Below, in pieces: positions 9,083-20,852 of a stretch of DNA of 64,000 nucleotides (position 1 is its first letter; every line of letters begins with the position of its first letter). Under the pieces are notes generated by a model. That model was given only the letters and a program-made list of their open reading frames with translations. It was not told the origin of the DNA and searched no databases. Both the position numbers and the translations under genes were made by a program. This stretch comes from Vicinamibacteria bacterium (GTDB lineage: Bacteria > Acidobacteriota > Vicinamibacteria > Marinacidobacterales > Marinacidobacteraceae): assembly GCA_965199715.1 (NCBI GenBank), contig OZ241322.1, positions 2,189,486-2,253,485 on the forward strand. Direction: 5' to 3'.

Positions 9083-11092
9083 ATGCGCTTTCTTCTGACG
9101 CTGCTCGCCGCGTTCGCCGTGCTGCCCGCCGCCGCGCAGGACGGCAGGCGGAACCTCGAACTCGAGGACTACCTCTCGTGGGAGGCGGCGCGGAACCCGC
9201 AGATCGCTCCCGACGGCGGCCTCGTCGCCTACGAGCGGCGGTTCGTGGACGCGGTCAACGACCGGTGGAACACGGAGATCTGGGCCATGGCCCCCGACGG
9301 TGGGAACCACCGGATGCTGGTCAAGGGCTCCGGGCCCGTCTGGTCCCCCGACAGCTCCCGGATCGCGTTCATCCGATCCGGCCAGATCTTCGTGATCGGG
9401 ATCGGCGGCGCGCAGCAGGAAAGCCAGGTCACGCGGATCGAGAACTCGCCTTCGGATGTCCGCTGGCGCCCCGACGGCGAGGCGCTCCTCTTCCGCGCGG
9501 TCGCTCCGCCCGCCCCGGACGACGCCTGGAGCATCGACATGCCGGAGGCTCCGGAGGGCGCGGAGTGGACCGGTCCGCCCCGGATCGTGACTCGCCTCAA
9601 CTACCGCCGGGACGGTTCCGGGTACACGCCCGCGGGATACCGGCACATCTTCCTCGTGCCGGCGGACGGCGGAACGCCCCGGCAGCTCACCTCGGGCGAC
9701 TACCACCACGACGGCGCCCGGTTCCTCGGCGACGGCGGCGGCATCGTCTTCAGCTCGCTGCGGACGACGGACGCCGAGCACGCCTGGCGCGAGTCGGAGA
9801 TCTTCAAGCTGGACCTCGAGAGCGGCGATCTCACCGCGCTCACCGACCGGGTCGGCCCCGACTCGGGACCGGTCCCGAGCCCCGATGGCGAGCACGTCGC
9901 GTACACGGGAATGGACTTCACGACGGACACCTACCGCGAGGAGACGCTTCAGGTGATTCGCGCCGACGGGAGCGGCGCGGCCGTGCTGGCGACCGAGATG
10001 GGGCGGCGGCCGGGTGTCGTCGGATGGGCCGCCGACGGGAGCGGCGTGTACTTCAACGCGCAGCTCAAGGGGACGAGCAACCTTTACTTCGCCCCGCTCG
10101 ACGGCGAGGCGCGCCCGGTCAGCGCCGGGAACCACATGCTCTCCGTGTCGTCGGTCTCGAACGACGGGACGGCGGTGGGCGTGCGCACCTCGTACCACAA
10201 CCCCGGCGACCTGGTCTCGTTTCCGGTGGATGCGCCCGACCGGGTCGCGAGCCTCCACCAGACCAACGCGTCGTTTCTCGCCGACGTCCGGCTCGGGGAC
10301 GTGGAGGAGGTCTGGTACAAGGCGCCGGACGGCCTCGACGTCCACGGCTGGATCGTGAAGCCGCCGGACTTCGACCCGAGGCGGAAGTACCCGCTCATCC
10401 TGCGCATCCATGGCGGCCCGCACGCCATGTACAACTCCGGGTTCGACTTCAAGAACCACGACCACGCTGCCAACGGGTACGTGGTGCTGTACACGAACCC
10501 CCGCGGCAGCAGCGGTTACGGCAGCGCGTTCGGGAACGAGATCAAGAACGCCTATCCGGGGGAGGACTACGACGACCTGATGGCGGGCGTGGACGAGGTG
10601 ATCTCGCGCGGGTACATCGACGAGCGGAACCTGTTCGTTTACGGCGGCAGCGGCGGCGGCGTGCTCACCTCGTGGATCGTGGGCCGCAACGACCGGTTCA
10701 CGGCGGCCGTCGCGAAGGCGCCGGTGACCAACTGGCTGAGCTTCGTGGGCACCACCGACGGCGCTTCGTGGTACCGGAACTTCGAGAAGATGCCGTGGGA
10801 CGACCCCGAGGAGCACCTGCGCCGCTCCACGCTCATGTACGTCGGGAACGTGACCACGCCGACCATGCTCATGACCGGCGACCGCGACCTGCGCACGCCG
10901 ATGGAGCAGACCGAGCAGTACTACCGCGCGCTCAAGATGCGCAAGGTGCCGACGGCGATGGTGCGCCTCACCGACGGCTGGCACAGCCGCAGCCTCCCGC
11001 CGACGAACTTCCTGCGGGTCCAGTTGCTGCTGCGCAAGTGGTTCGAGCGCTTCGCCGTGGGGGACGAGATGACGACCGACCAGCAGGACTGA
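9083..11092 (+). CDS. S9-family serine peptidase (prolyl oligopeptidase / acylaminoacyl-peptidase type) with N-terminal TolB-like beta-propeller
   Basis: 669 aa. Signal peptide MRFLLTLLAAFAVLPAAAQ. Propeller repeats (WSPDSSRIAF, PSPDGEHVAY). Catalytic domain GGSGGG nucleophile elbow (VYGGSGGGVLTS), followed by D and H triad residues (GDRDLRTP..DGWHS). Confidence 0.85.
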   Translation: MRFLLTLLAAFAVLPAAAQDGRRNLELEDYLSWEAARNPQIAPDGGLVAYERRFVDAVNDRWNTEIWAMAPDGGNHRMLVKGSGPVWSPDSSRIAFIRSGQIFVIGIGGAQQESQVTRIENSPSDVRWRPDGEALLFRAVAPPAPDDAWSIDMPEAPEGAEWTGPPRIVTRLNYRRDGSGYTPAGYRHIFLVPADGGTPRQLTSGDYHHDGARFLGDGGGIVFSSLRTTDAEHAWRESEIFKLDLESGDLTALTDRVGPDSGPVPSPDGEHVAYTGMDFTTDTYREETLQVIRADGSGAAVLATEMGRRPGVVGWAADGSGVYFNAQLKGTSNLYFAPLDGEARPVSAGNHMLSVSSVSNDGTAVGVRTSYHNPGDLVSFPVDAPDRVASLHQTNASFLADVRLGDVEEVWYKAPDGLDVHGWIVKPPDFDPRRKYPLILRIHGGPHAMYNSGFDFKNHDHAANGYVVLYTNPRGSSGYGSAFGNEIKNAYPGEDYDDLMAGVDEVISRGYIDERNLFVYGGSGGGVLTSWIVGRNDRFTAAVAKAPVTNWLSFVGTTDGASWYRNFEKMPWDDPEEHLRRSTLMYVGNVTTPTMLMTGDRDLRTPMEQTEQYYRALKMRKVPTAMVRLTDGWHSRSLPPTNFLRVQLLLRKWFERFAVGDEMTTDQQD

Positions 11093-11439
11093 CCGGTTTC
11101 TCTGGAGCGGTGGCGGCCAGTCCGCGTTCGCCGCGTCCCCGTGTCGGTCCTCAGTGGGACGGTCTGCGGATTCCGGCGGCCGGCCGGACCCGGACTCCGT
11201 CCAACCCGGACCCGGGTGGCGACCTCTGGCGGCCAACTCCTCGGGCGCAGGGTCCTCGAACCGGTGCGCCTGTCTCGCCTCATCCACTCATCGCGCCCGA
11301 TCTCCATGTTGGCGTTGAGGTCGTCGCGAATCTTCCGCATGAGCGCGAGGCCGCGGAGCCCCGGCGCGGCGCAGTCAACCGGCATAGTCCACCATCGCGG
11401 GCGCGGTGATCTCGACAGCGGGATGGCCGAGACTCCGGT

Positions 11440-11814
11440 TCACGGCGTTGTAGGTGGCCCGGTCCGGAAACCGGTCCATGGGCGTGAAGCACCAAGAGGC
11501 GAGGCAGTCCGCCCCTGCGAGAGTGGGATGGCGACGTGGAGGGCGTCGGTGCGGTGGTTCGGGCTGCATGCGCCGACCTCGATGTAGGCGTCGGCGAGCC
11601 GGTCGGCCTCGCGCGAGGCCCGCACGACTTCCACATGGGCGTCGGGGACGCCGCCCATGATCGAGCGAACGGGCCTCGGAGCTCCGGCGAGCTCGTGAAG
11701 CGCCACGTCGGAGATGACGAGGACCGCGAGTCCTCGCCGGATGGCGCCGAGCAGCCGGTGCGTCGGACGATCGAACAGCTCGTCCTCGAGACCGGCGAGC
11801 ACGGTCGTGTCCAT
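11440..11814 (-). pseudogene. VapC-like PIN-domain toxin remnant (C-terminus frameshifted)
   Basis: The terminal 124 aa of antisense ORF 11440..14487 read MDTTVLAGLEDELFDRPTHRLLGAIRRGLAVLVISDVALHELAGAP...ADRLADAYIEVGA. This matches PIN/VapC signatures (LDTxVL N-terminus, ISxxxLxEL, DAxI). The expected C-terminal TxDxDF-like segment (TPMDRFPDR) appears only in another frame (ORF 11375..11569). No antitoxin is recognisable. Confidence 0.3.
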
Positions 11815-11924
11815 GTGCGTCCGCGGCTGCCGGATCGGCGGGGGCGGCTCTTCGGCGACGACGTGGAGACCCTCGGGCACGAGGCCACGCGCGCGATCGT
11901 CGCCGCCGGCGGCTCCGCGTCCGG

Positions 11925-12560
11925 GACGGCGCGGGACGCCTTCGTCGTTCCGATTCCGGGCCGCATCACGGCTCTCGAGCGCGACCTGGAGGCGGCGGCG
12001 GAGGCCGAACGCCCGGCCCTCGAGCGCGAGTTGGCCACCACGAGGGCCTACGGCGAGGCGCTCGCCGAGATCGCGCCGGTCCCGCCCACGATGACGCTCG
12101 CCGAGCGCATGACCCTCCACCGGGGCGGCCACGAGATCCAGTTGCTGTGGTTCGGCCGCGGCCACCCGCCTGGAGACGTGGTGGTGTTCCTGCCCGAGCG
12201 GCGCGTGCTCGTCACCGGCGACCTGATTCCGTTCGGACTTCCGTTCATGGGCGACGGGTTCCCCGAGTGGGGCGACACGATCCGCGCCGTCGCCGAACTG
12301 GACTTCGAGGTCGTCCTGCCGGGCCACGGCCCGCCGTTCGAGGGTCGCGAGCGCCTGCCGCATCCGGCGGCGTACCTGGACGATTCTGGGCGGGCGCGGC
12401 CGAGGCCCGCGAGACGGGCCTCTCGGCCGAAGAGGCCGCCGCGACCCTCGACCTGACCGCCCACGCCGCCAACTACCCGTCGATCGACGGGCCGGGCGCT
12501 CCGCTGATCGCGGTCGAACGCGCCTACCGGCTGCTCGCGGAGAATCGCGACGGAGGGACT
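11925..12560 (+). pseudogene. MBL-fold metallo-hydrolase fragment (N-terminal half missing, C-terminal frameshift)
   Basis: Frame of ORF 11536..12456 contains the MBL C-terminal motifs (HRGGHEIQLLWFGRGHPPGDVVVFLPERRVLVTGDLIPFG, VLPGHGPPFEG). No HxHxDH motif is found in any upstream frame. After PHPAAYLDD the protein-like sequence continues in the +2 frame (GRFWAGAAEARETGLSAEEAAATLDLTAHAANYPS...) and runs into the next gene without a stop. Confidence 0.35.
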
Positions 12561-12600
12561 CGCCGTTGCCAGCGGGCCGCCGGCGGCCCAAAATGGGCGC

Positions 12601-14514
12601 ATGAGACGCACGCTTCCGGGACTCGTGTCCCTCCTCGTCCTCTCCGCAACGGTCGCCGGAGCGCGGCCCCAGAAGCCGGTGCTCCACGGCCGCCACTGGA
12701 TGGCCATCACCGGCAAGCCGCTCGGCGCGACCGCGGGCGCCATGATCTTCCAGCAGGGCGGGAACGCGGTGGACGCGGCCTGCGCCATGCTGGGCGCGAC
12801 CGCCACCATGTTCGACGCGCTGAGCTGGGGCGGCGAGACGCAGGCGCTGATCTGGCACCCGGAGCTCGAGAAGGTCATAGGAATCAACGCGCTGGGCGTC
12901 GCGCCCACCGGCGCCACGCCCGAGTTCTTCCGCGGGCGGGGGATGGACTACCCGCCCGCCGTGGGCCCGCTCGCGGCGGTGACGCCGGGCACGCCGGGCG
13001 GGCTCATGGTCATGCTCGCCGAGTACGGCACGATGTCCCTCGCCCAGGTCCTCGCGCCCTCGATCCAGATGGCCGACGGCTACCCGATCGAGGCGGCGGC
13101 GGCGCGCGGCATTCAGCGGGGCGCGGACCGCATCGCCGAGTGGCCCTACTCGCGGCGCACGCTGCTCCCGCACCGGGACTCGCGCTCCGGCTCCTCCGGC
13201 CCGCAGGACGAGACCGGCAACTACTGGGACCGGGAGGACTCGACGACCCGCGAGTTCAACGCCGGCGGGCCGCTTCCGGGCGAGATCTTCCGCCAGCCCG
13301 AGCTCGCGAACACGCTGCGCAAGCTCGTCGAGGCCGAGGCCGAGGCGCTCGCGGCCGGCATGGACCGCAAGGCCGCCATCCTCGCCGCCTACGACCGCTT
13401 CTACAAGGGCGACATCGCCGAGGAGTTCGCCCGCGGCGTCCAGGAGCAAGGCGGCATCATCACGACCGACGACCTCGCCAACTGGAAGGTCCACATCGAG
13501 GAGCCCGTCTCCACGTCGTACCGGGACGTCGAGGTGTACAAGCTCACCCACTGGGTGCAGGGGCCGGTGCTCCTCCAGGCGCTGAACATCCTCGAGCCGC
13601 TCGACGTCGGCTCGATGGGCTACAACAGCAGCCGCTACATCCACACGCTCTACCAGGCGATGAGCCTCGCCTTCGCCGACCGCGACTTCTACTACGGCGA
13701 CCCGTACTTCCCGCCCGAGGAGCCCATCATGGGGCTGCTCTCGAAGGACTACGCGGCGCTGCGGGCGGAACTGATCCGGCCCGACCGCAACGACCCGCAC
13801 ATCGGCCCCGGCGATCCGTACCCGTTCCAGGGTGGCGAGAACCCGTTCGGCGAGTATCTCGACCGCTTCTCGGGCGGAACGGGCCAGCCGACCACGGAGG
13901 AGGAGCGCGAGGAGTTCCTCGATGGATTCCTCGCCGGCACGACCTCGATCCAGGCCGCGGACGCCTCGGGCTGGGTGGTCTCGGTCACGCCGAGCGGCGG
14001 CTGGCTCCCGGCGGTCCTCGCCGGCGAGACCGGCATCGGCCTCAGCCAGCGCATGCAGAGCTTCGTGCTCGACCCGGCGATGAACCCCTACAACGTTCTC
14101 GAGCCGGGCAAGCGCCCGCGCGCCACGCTCACCCCGAGCCTCGCGCTCAAGGACGGCGCCCCCTTCCTGTCGTTCGCGGTCCAGGGCGGCGACGGGCAGG
14201 ACCAGAACCTGCTGCAGTTCTTCCTGAACGTCGTCGAGTTCGGGATGAACGTGCAGGAGGCCGCCGAGGCCGCCAATTTCAACAGCTACCAGATGCGCAG
14301 CTCGTTCGGCGCCCACGACTCCGACCCGGGCTCGATCCTGCTCCACGACGACACCCCGCCGTGGACGCGGGGCGAGCTCGAGAAGATGGGCTACCGCCTC
14401 CGCTTCGCGCCGCGCACTTCGGGGCCGATCAACGCCATCTGGTTCGACCGCGTCCACGGCACCTTCTGGGGCGGGTCCAGCCAGCACGGCGAGGACTACG
14501 GGGTGGCGTGGTGA
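12601..14514 (+). CDS. ggt: Gamma-glutamyltransferase
   Basis: 637 aa. Signal peptide, then GGT family pattern (GGNAVDAACA, autoprocessing-site region TTHYSVVD-like context TSIQAADASGWVVSVTPSGG, C-terminal GGSSQHGEDYGVAW). Confidence 0.9.
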   Translation: MRRTLPGLVSLLVLSATVAGARPQKPVLHGRHWMAITGKPLGATAGAMIFQQGGNAVDAACAMLGATATMFDALSWGGETQALIWHPELEKVIGINALGVAPTGATPEFFRGRGMDYPPAVGPLAAVTPGTPGGLMVMLAEYGTMSLAQVLAPSIQMADGYPIEAAAARGIQRGADRIAEWPYSRRTLLPHRDSRSGSSGPQDETGNYWDREDSTTREFNAGGPLPGEIFRQPELANTLRKLVEAEAEALAAGMDRKAAILAAYDRFYKGDIAEEFARGVQEQGGIITTDDLANWKVHIEEPVSTSYRDVEVYKLTHWVQGPVLLQALNILEPLDVGSMGYNSSRYIHTLYQAMSLAFADRDFYYGDPYFPPEEPIMGLLSKDYAALRAELIRPDRNDPHIGPGDPYPFQGGENPFGEYLDRFSGGTGQPTTEEEREEFLDGFLAGTTSIQAADASGWVVSVTPSGGWLPAVLAGETGIGLSQRMQSFVLDPAMNPYNVLEPGKRPRATLTPSLALKDGAPFLSFAVQGGDGQDQNLLQFFLNVVEFGMNVQEAAEAANFNSYQMRSSFGAHDSDPGSILLHDDTPPWTRGELEKMGYRLRFAPRTSGPINAIWFDRVHGTFWGGSSQHGEDYGVAW

Positions 14515-16625
14515 CGCGCCCGCTGCTCGCCGCGCTGCTCGTCGCGCATCCGGCGGCGGCGCAGGAGCCCGCGACGATCGAGGTCACGCCCGCCGAACTG
14601 GAGCTGCGCGCCGGCGACACGGCGCAGCTCGAAGCCGTCGTCCGCGACGCGGACGGCATGGTCGTCGAGGACGCCGAAGTCCTCTACCTGCCGCTGTACG
14701 GCCAGTACTGGAACCTCGAACACCGCACCTGGGGCTTCAACATCTTCAAGGTCTCGCCCGACGGCGAGGTCTCGACCCGCGCTCCGGGCGACTTCGAGAT
14801 CATGGTCCGGGTCGTCGAAGGCGGCCCCGACCGCTCGGCCCGCGACGCCGAGGCGGACGGTTACGTCGAGCAGCGCGTCCCGGTGACGATCCGCCCGGCG
14901 CCCGTGGCCTCGCTGACGCTTTCCGCCGCGGGACCGCTGTACGCCGGCACCGAGGTCGTCGTGGAGGCGGACGCCGTGGACGCGATGGGCGACCCGGTCC
15001 AGGGTCTCACCGTCGCGTTGGCGAGCTCCGACCCCGCGATCGCGCTTCCGGTCTCCCGGCCGCCCACGACCGCCCGCGAGCCGACCCGCGGCCTCGTCCG
15101 CCTCGTCGGCCCGGGAACCGCGACGCTCACGGCGACCGGCGGCGACGCGACCGCCTCGATGGACGTCGAGGTCCTTCCGAACCCGGTGACCCGCCTCGAA
15201 ATCGAGGCCGATCGCGAGATGGTCCGCACTGGCGACGTGGTGACCTTCACGGCCACGGCGTTCACCGAATCCGGCGAGACCGGCGCCGTGCCGGTGGGCT
15301 TCAGCGTCTCGGCGGTGACCGACTCGATGGGAGCGGGCGGTCCCTCGACCGGGCTCGTCACTCCCGACGGACGCTTCGTGGCCGACCTCCCCGGCGTGTA
15401 CACGGTGGTCGCCCACACCGGCGGCGCCTCCGCATCGCAAGGGATCCAGGTCGGCGACCGGAATGTCCGGCGGCACATCGAGCTGGTCGGGCACGGCCGG
15501 GTCAGCGACCGCGCGACCTCGGATCTCTGGGTATGGGAGGCGCCGAACGGCCGCGACTACGCGATCACGGGCACCCACAGCGCCGAGGGCCACGCCTACA
15601 TCTGGGACGTGACCAACCCCGAGAGCATCGAGATCGCCGACGTGGTCAAGGTGGACGCCCGCACCGTGAACGACGTGAAGATTTCCGAGGACGGCGCGAC
15701 CGCGGTGATCTCCCGCGAGGGAGCCTCGAACCGCCGCAACGGGCTCGTCATCCTCGACGTGTCCGACCCCTCGGTCGGCGTGCGCGTCCTCGCCCGCTAC
15801 GACGACCAGCTCACCGGCGGCGTCCACAACACCTTCATCCACGAGGGGCACGTGTACGCGCTTTCGGGCGGACGACGCTTCGACATCGTCAACATCGAGG
15901 ATCCGGCGGCGCCCCACCGGGTCGGCAGCTTCGCGCTCGACAGTCCGGGCCGCTCCATCCACGACGTCTGGGTCGTCGAGGGCGTGGCCTATTCGGCCAA
16001 CTGGAAGGACGGCGTGGCCGTGATCGACGTGGGCGGCGGAACCCGCGGCGGATCCCCTCAGAACCCGGTGCTCATGGGCCAGTTCCCGTTCCCCACCGGA
16101 TGGAACCACGCGGTCTATCCCTACCGCAGCGAGTCCACCGGCAAGCTCTACATCTTCGCCGGCGACGAGGCGGCCCGCACCGGGCGCTACAGCCCGCAGG
16201 CGGAGATCGGGACCGGGACCCCCGGCTACGAGAACGAGCCCACCCGCTGGCGGGGCTGGATCCACATCCTCGAATGGGACGAGGACTTCGAGAGCCCGGC
16301 GCGGCTCGTGGGGCGCTACGAGGTGCCCGAGGCGGGCAGCCACAACATCTGGATCGAGGACGACGTCATGTACGTCGCGTTCTACAACGGCGGCCTCCGG
16401 GTCGTGGATGTCTCGGGCGAGCTGCTCGGCAACCTCTACCGCCAGGGCCGCGAGATCGCCCGATTCCTTCCGCTGGACCCCGAGGGCTTCCTGCCGAACG
16501 CGCCGCAGGTCTGGGGCGCGCAGCCGCACAAGGGCCACATCTTCTTCTCGGACCGGAACTCGGGCCTGTGGGCGGTCCGCCTCGTCGAGGCCGCGGACAT
16601 GGCCGCGACCGACGCGCAGCAGTAG
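14511..16625 (+). CDS. Secreted Big_2 (bacterial Ig-like) domains plus LVIVD-repeat beta-propeller protein
   Basis: GTG at 14511 overlaps the ggt stop (GTGA). Signal peptide MTRPLLAALLVAHPAAAQ. Ig-like segments (TIEVTPAELELRAGDTAQLEAVVRD). LVIVD repeats (GLVILDVSDP, FDIVNIEDP, VAVIDVGGG, LRVVDVSGE). Confidence 0.75.
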   Translation: MTRPLLAALLVAHPAAAQEPATIEVTPAELELRAGDTAQLEAVVRDADGMVVEDAEVLYLPLYGQYWNLEHRTWGFNIFKVSPDGEVSTRAPGDFEIMVRVVEGGPDRSARDAEADGYVEQRVPVTIRPAPVASLTLSAAGPLYAGTEVVVEADAVDAMGDPVQGLTVALASSDPAIALPVSRPPTTAREPTRGLVRLVGPGTATLTATGGDATASMDVEVLPNPVTRLEIEADREMVRTGDVVTFTATAFTESGETGAVPVGFSVSAVTDSMGAGGPSTGLVTPDGRFVADLPGVYTVVAHTGGASASQGIQVGDRNVRRHIELVGHGRVSDRATSDLWVWEAPNGRDYAITGTHSAEGHAYIWDVTNPESIEIADVVKVDARTVNDVKISEDGATAVISREGASNRRNGLVILDVSDPSVGVRVLARYDDQLTGGVHNTFIHEGHVYALSGGRRFDIVNIEDPAAPHRVGSFALDSPGRSIHDVWVVEGVAYSANWKDGVAVIDVGGGTRGGSPQNPVLMGQFPFPTGWNHAVYPYRSESTGKLYIFAGDEAARTGRYSPQAEIGTGTPGYENEPTRWRGWIHILEWDEDFESPARLVGRYEVPEAGSHNIWIEDDVMYVAFYNGGLRVVDVSGELLGNLYRQGREIARFLPLDPEGFLPNAPQVWGAQPHKGHIFFSDRNSGLWAVRLVEAADMAATDAQQ

Positions 16626-16631
16626 GGAGGA

Positions 16632-17861
16632 TCAGCCGGGACCGGCGGCCGGGGCGCCGCGGCGGATGCCGCCCACGACGGTGAGCAGATCCTCCACGTC
16701 CCGGTCGCCGAAATCCCCGTCGCTCGTGGCGTCGGCGATCGCCCGGGCGGCGCGCCAGACGTCGAGGATCCCGAGCCTGCCGTCCCGGTTCAGGTCACCG
16801 AGCGTGTCGAACGCGGCGTCGATCTCCTCGCCCCGCCGGTCGGCGTCCGGGCGCAGCGCGTCGTGGGACAACTGCCGCAACTGCTGGATCGCGGCGGCGC
16901 GCTGGCCGCCGGGATCCACGATGTAGCCGAGAAACCCGAACAGGCCGAGGCTCAGGCAGACCCCGCCCGCGGCCGCGGTCCCGAGCACCAGCAGGCCGAG
17001 CCGCCGCCGTCCGACGGACACCCGCTTGAGGTCGTCGCCGATGGAGAGAGCTTCGGGCGGGGGCGGGGGAAAGTCGGGGGCGACGCCCGGGGGCGGAGAC
17101 GTCCGCTGCATCCGCCGCACCCAGACGGTCAGCACGATCGCCAGAATGCCGAGCGCGGGAACGAGGATGCCGGGCGGGGTCCACACGGGCTCGCCCAGCG
17201 TGTCGAGGTCGGCGAGGTTGAACAGCAGGAGAGCCGCGGCGTTGTGGAAGAAGTGGATCGCGATCGGGACGAGGATGCTCCCGGTGGCCGCCGCGGCGAT
17301 CCCGAGGACGACCCCGGCCACGAAGTAGTTGGGCAGGATCAGCCCGTGCATCACCGTGAACAGCAGCGCGGTGACGCAGATCGCCCCGGCCCGGCCGAGG
17401 CGGTGGAGCCCGGTCTGGATCACGCCCCGGAACAGGAGCTCCTCGGACACGGCGGCCCCGACGCAGACCCCGGCGAGCCGAATCCCCCACTCGATGAACC
17501 CGTCGGCGCGGATCATCTGGTTGAGGCTCTCGAGGAAGGCCGGATCCAGCGGCATGACCTGCTGGGCGAGGTTCGCGAGCTGGTCGCTGACCACGAAGAG
17601 CCCGAGCGCCACCGGCGCCGACAGCAGGAGATCCGACAGCCGCGCCGGGCGGAGCAGGAACACCGGGTACGGGCGCAGTCGGAACACCCGGATCGCGCCG
17701 ACCGCGATCACGAGCGTCGCCGCCGGGATGAGCAGCATCGCGACCTCGATCGGGAGGCCCGACCGGCCCAGCAGGAAGCCCAGCCCGAGGATCGACGCCA
17801 GCGCGGTCAAGAAGGTCAGGAAGACCTGCGAAGCCGTTGCGACGCCGAGGCGTTTCTTCAC
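16632..17861 (-). CDS. CPBP-family (CAAX protease-like) intramembrane protease with C-terminal dockerin-like Ca-binding repeat
   Basis: The membrane core carries CPBP motifs (EELLFRG, FTVMHG, HFFHNAAALL). The C-terminal soluble tail has a DxNxDGxxxxxD dockerin/EF-hand-like loop (DLNRDGRLGILDVWRAARAI) and a second degenerate copy (SDGDFGDRDVEDLL). Confidence 0.7.
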   Translation of the reverse strand: MKKRLGVATASQVFLTFLTALASILGLGFLLGRSGLPIEVAMLLIPAATLVIAVGAIRVFRLRPYPVFLLRPARLSDLLLSAPVALGLFVVSDQLANLAQQVMPLDPAFLESLNQMIRADGFIEWGIRLAGVCVGAAVSEELLFRGVIQTGLHRLGRAGAICVTALLFTVMHGLILPNYFVAGVVLGIAAAATGSILVPIAIHFFHNAAALLLFNLADLDTLGEPVWTPPGILVPALGILAIVLTVWVRRMQRTSPPPGVAPDFPPPPPEALSIGDDLKRVSVGRRRLGLLVLGTAAAGGVCLSLGLFGFLGYIVDPGGQRAAAIQQLRQLSHDALRPDADRRGEEIDAAFDTLGDLNRDGRLGILDVWRAARAIADATSDGDFGDRDVEDLLTVVGGIRRGAPAAGPG

Positions 17862-17876
17862 GTATCGCGGTGGTAA

Positions 17877-20654
<2,778 letters not shown>

Positions 20655-20663
20655 GATGCATGC

Positions 20664-20852
20664 ATGGCTTCGTTTCTTCTCTGGGCGCTCCTGTTCGTCG
20701 TCTGCTGGCCGGTCGCGCTGCTCGCGCTCGTCCTGTGGCCCGTCGTCTGGCTGCTGCTCCTGCCGTTCCGTCTGCTCGGAATCGCCGTCGATGGCGCGTT
20801 CTCGCTGCTGCGGGCGATGGTGACCCCGCCGGCCCGGGTGTTCGGTGGCTGA
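20664..20852 (+). CDS. Small hydrophobic membrane protein (62 aa), hypothetical
   Basis: MASFLLWALLFVVCWPVALLALVLWPVVWLLLLPFRLLGIAVDG: two TM helices. It is 10 nt after ligA and overlaps the amidase start by 8 nt. Confidence 0.4.
   Translation: MASFLLWALLFVVCWPVALLALVLWPVVWLLLLPFRLLGIAVDGAFSLLRAMVTPPARVFGG

Noticed and set aside
8312-11409. ORFs 8312..11287 (-, 991 aa) and 8836..11409 (+, 857 aa) across the M28/S9 peptidase genes
   Set aside because: Shadow ORFs. The S9 and M28 proteins in the other frames have clear catalytic motifs.
12575-12590. 16-nt perfect palindrome GGGCCGCCGGCGGCCC just upstream of ggt
   Set aside because: Short GC palindromes arise frequently by chance at this GC content. 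No flanking promoter-like context could be established.
11815-14487. Upstream ~890 aa of minus-strand ORF 11440..14487 (antisense to ggt and the MBL fragment)
   Set aside because: Only the terminal 124 aa look protein-like (PIN-like). The remainder is Arg/Glu/Gly low complexity opposite a clear ggt gene.
14496-16538. 680-aa minus-strand ORF antisense to the LVIVD-repeat gene
   Set aside because: Low-complexity antisense ORF. The sense strand has repeat motifs and a signal peptide.
12147-16625. 1492-aa plus-strand ORF spanning the MBL tail, ggt alternate frame and the LVIVD gene
   Set aside because: A composite. Only its last ~704 aa (from GTG 14511) form a coherent Big_2/LVIVD protein. The first part is out-of-frame ggt plus the frameshifted MBL tail.
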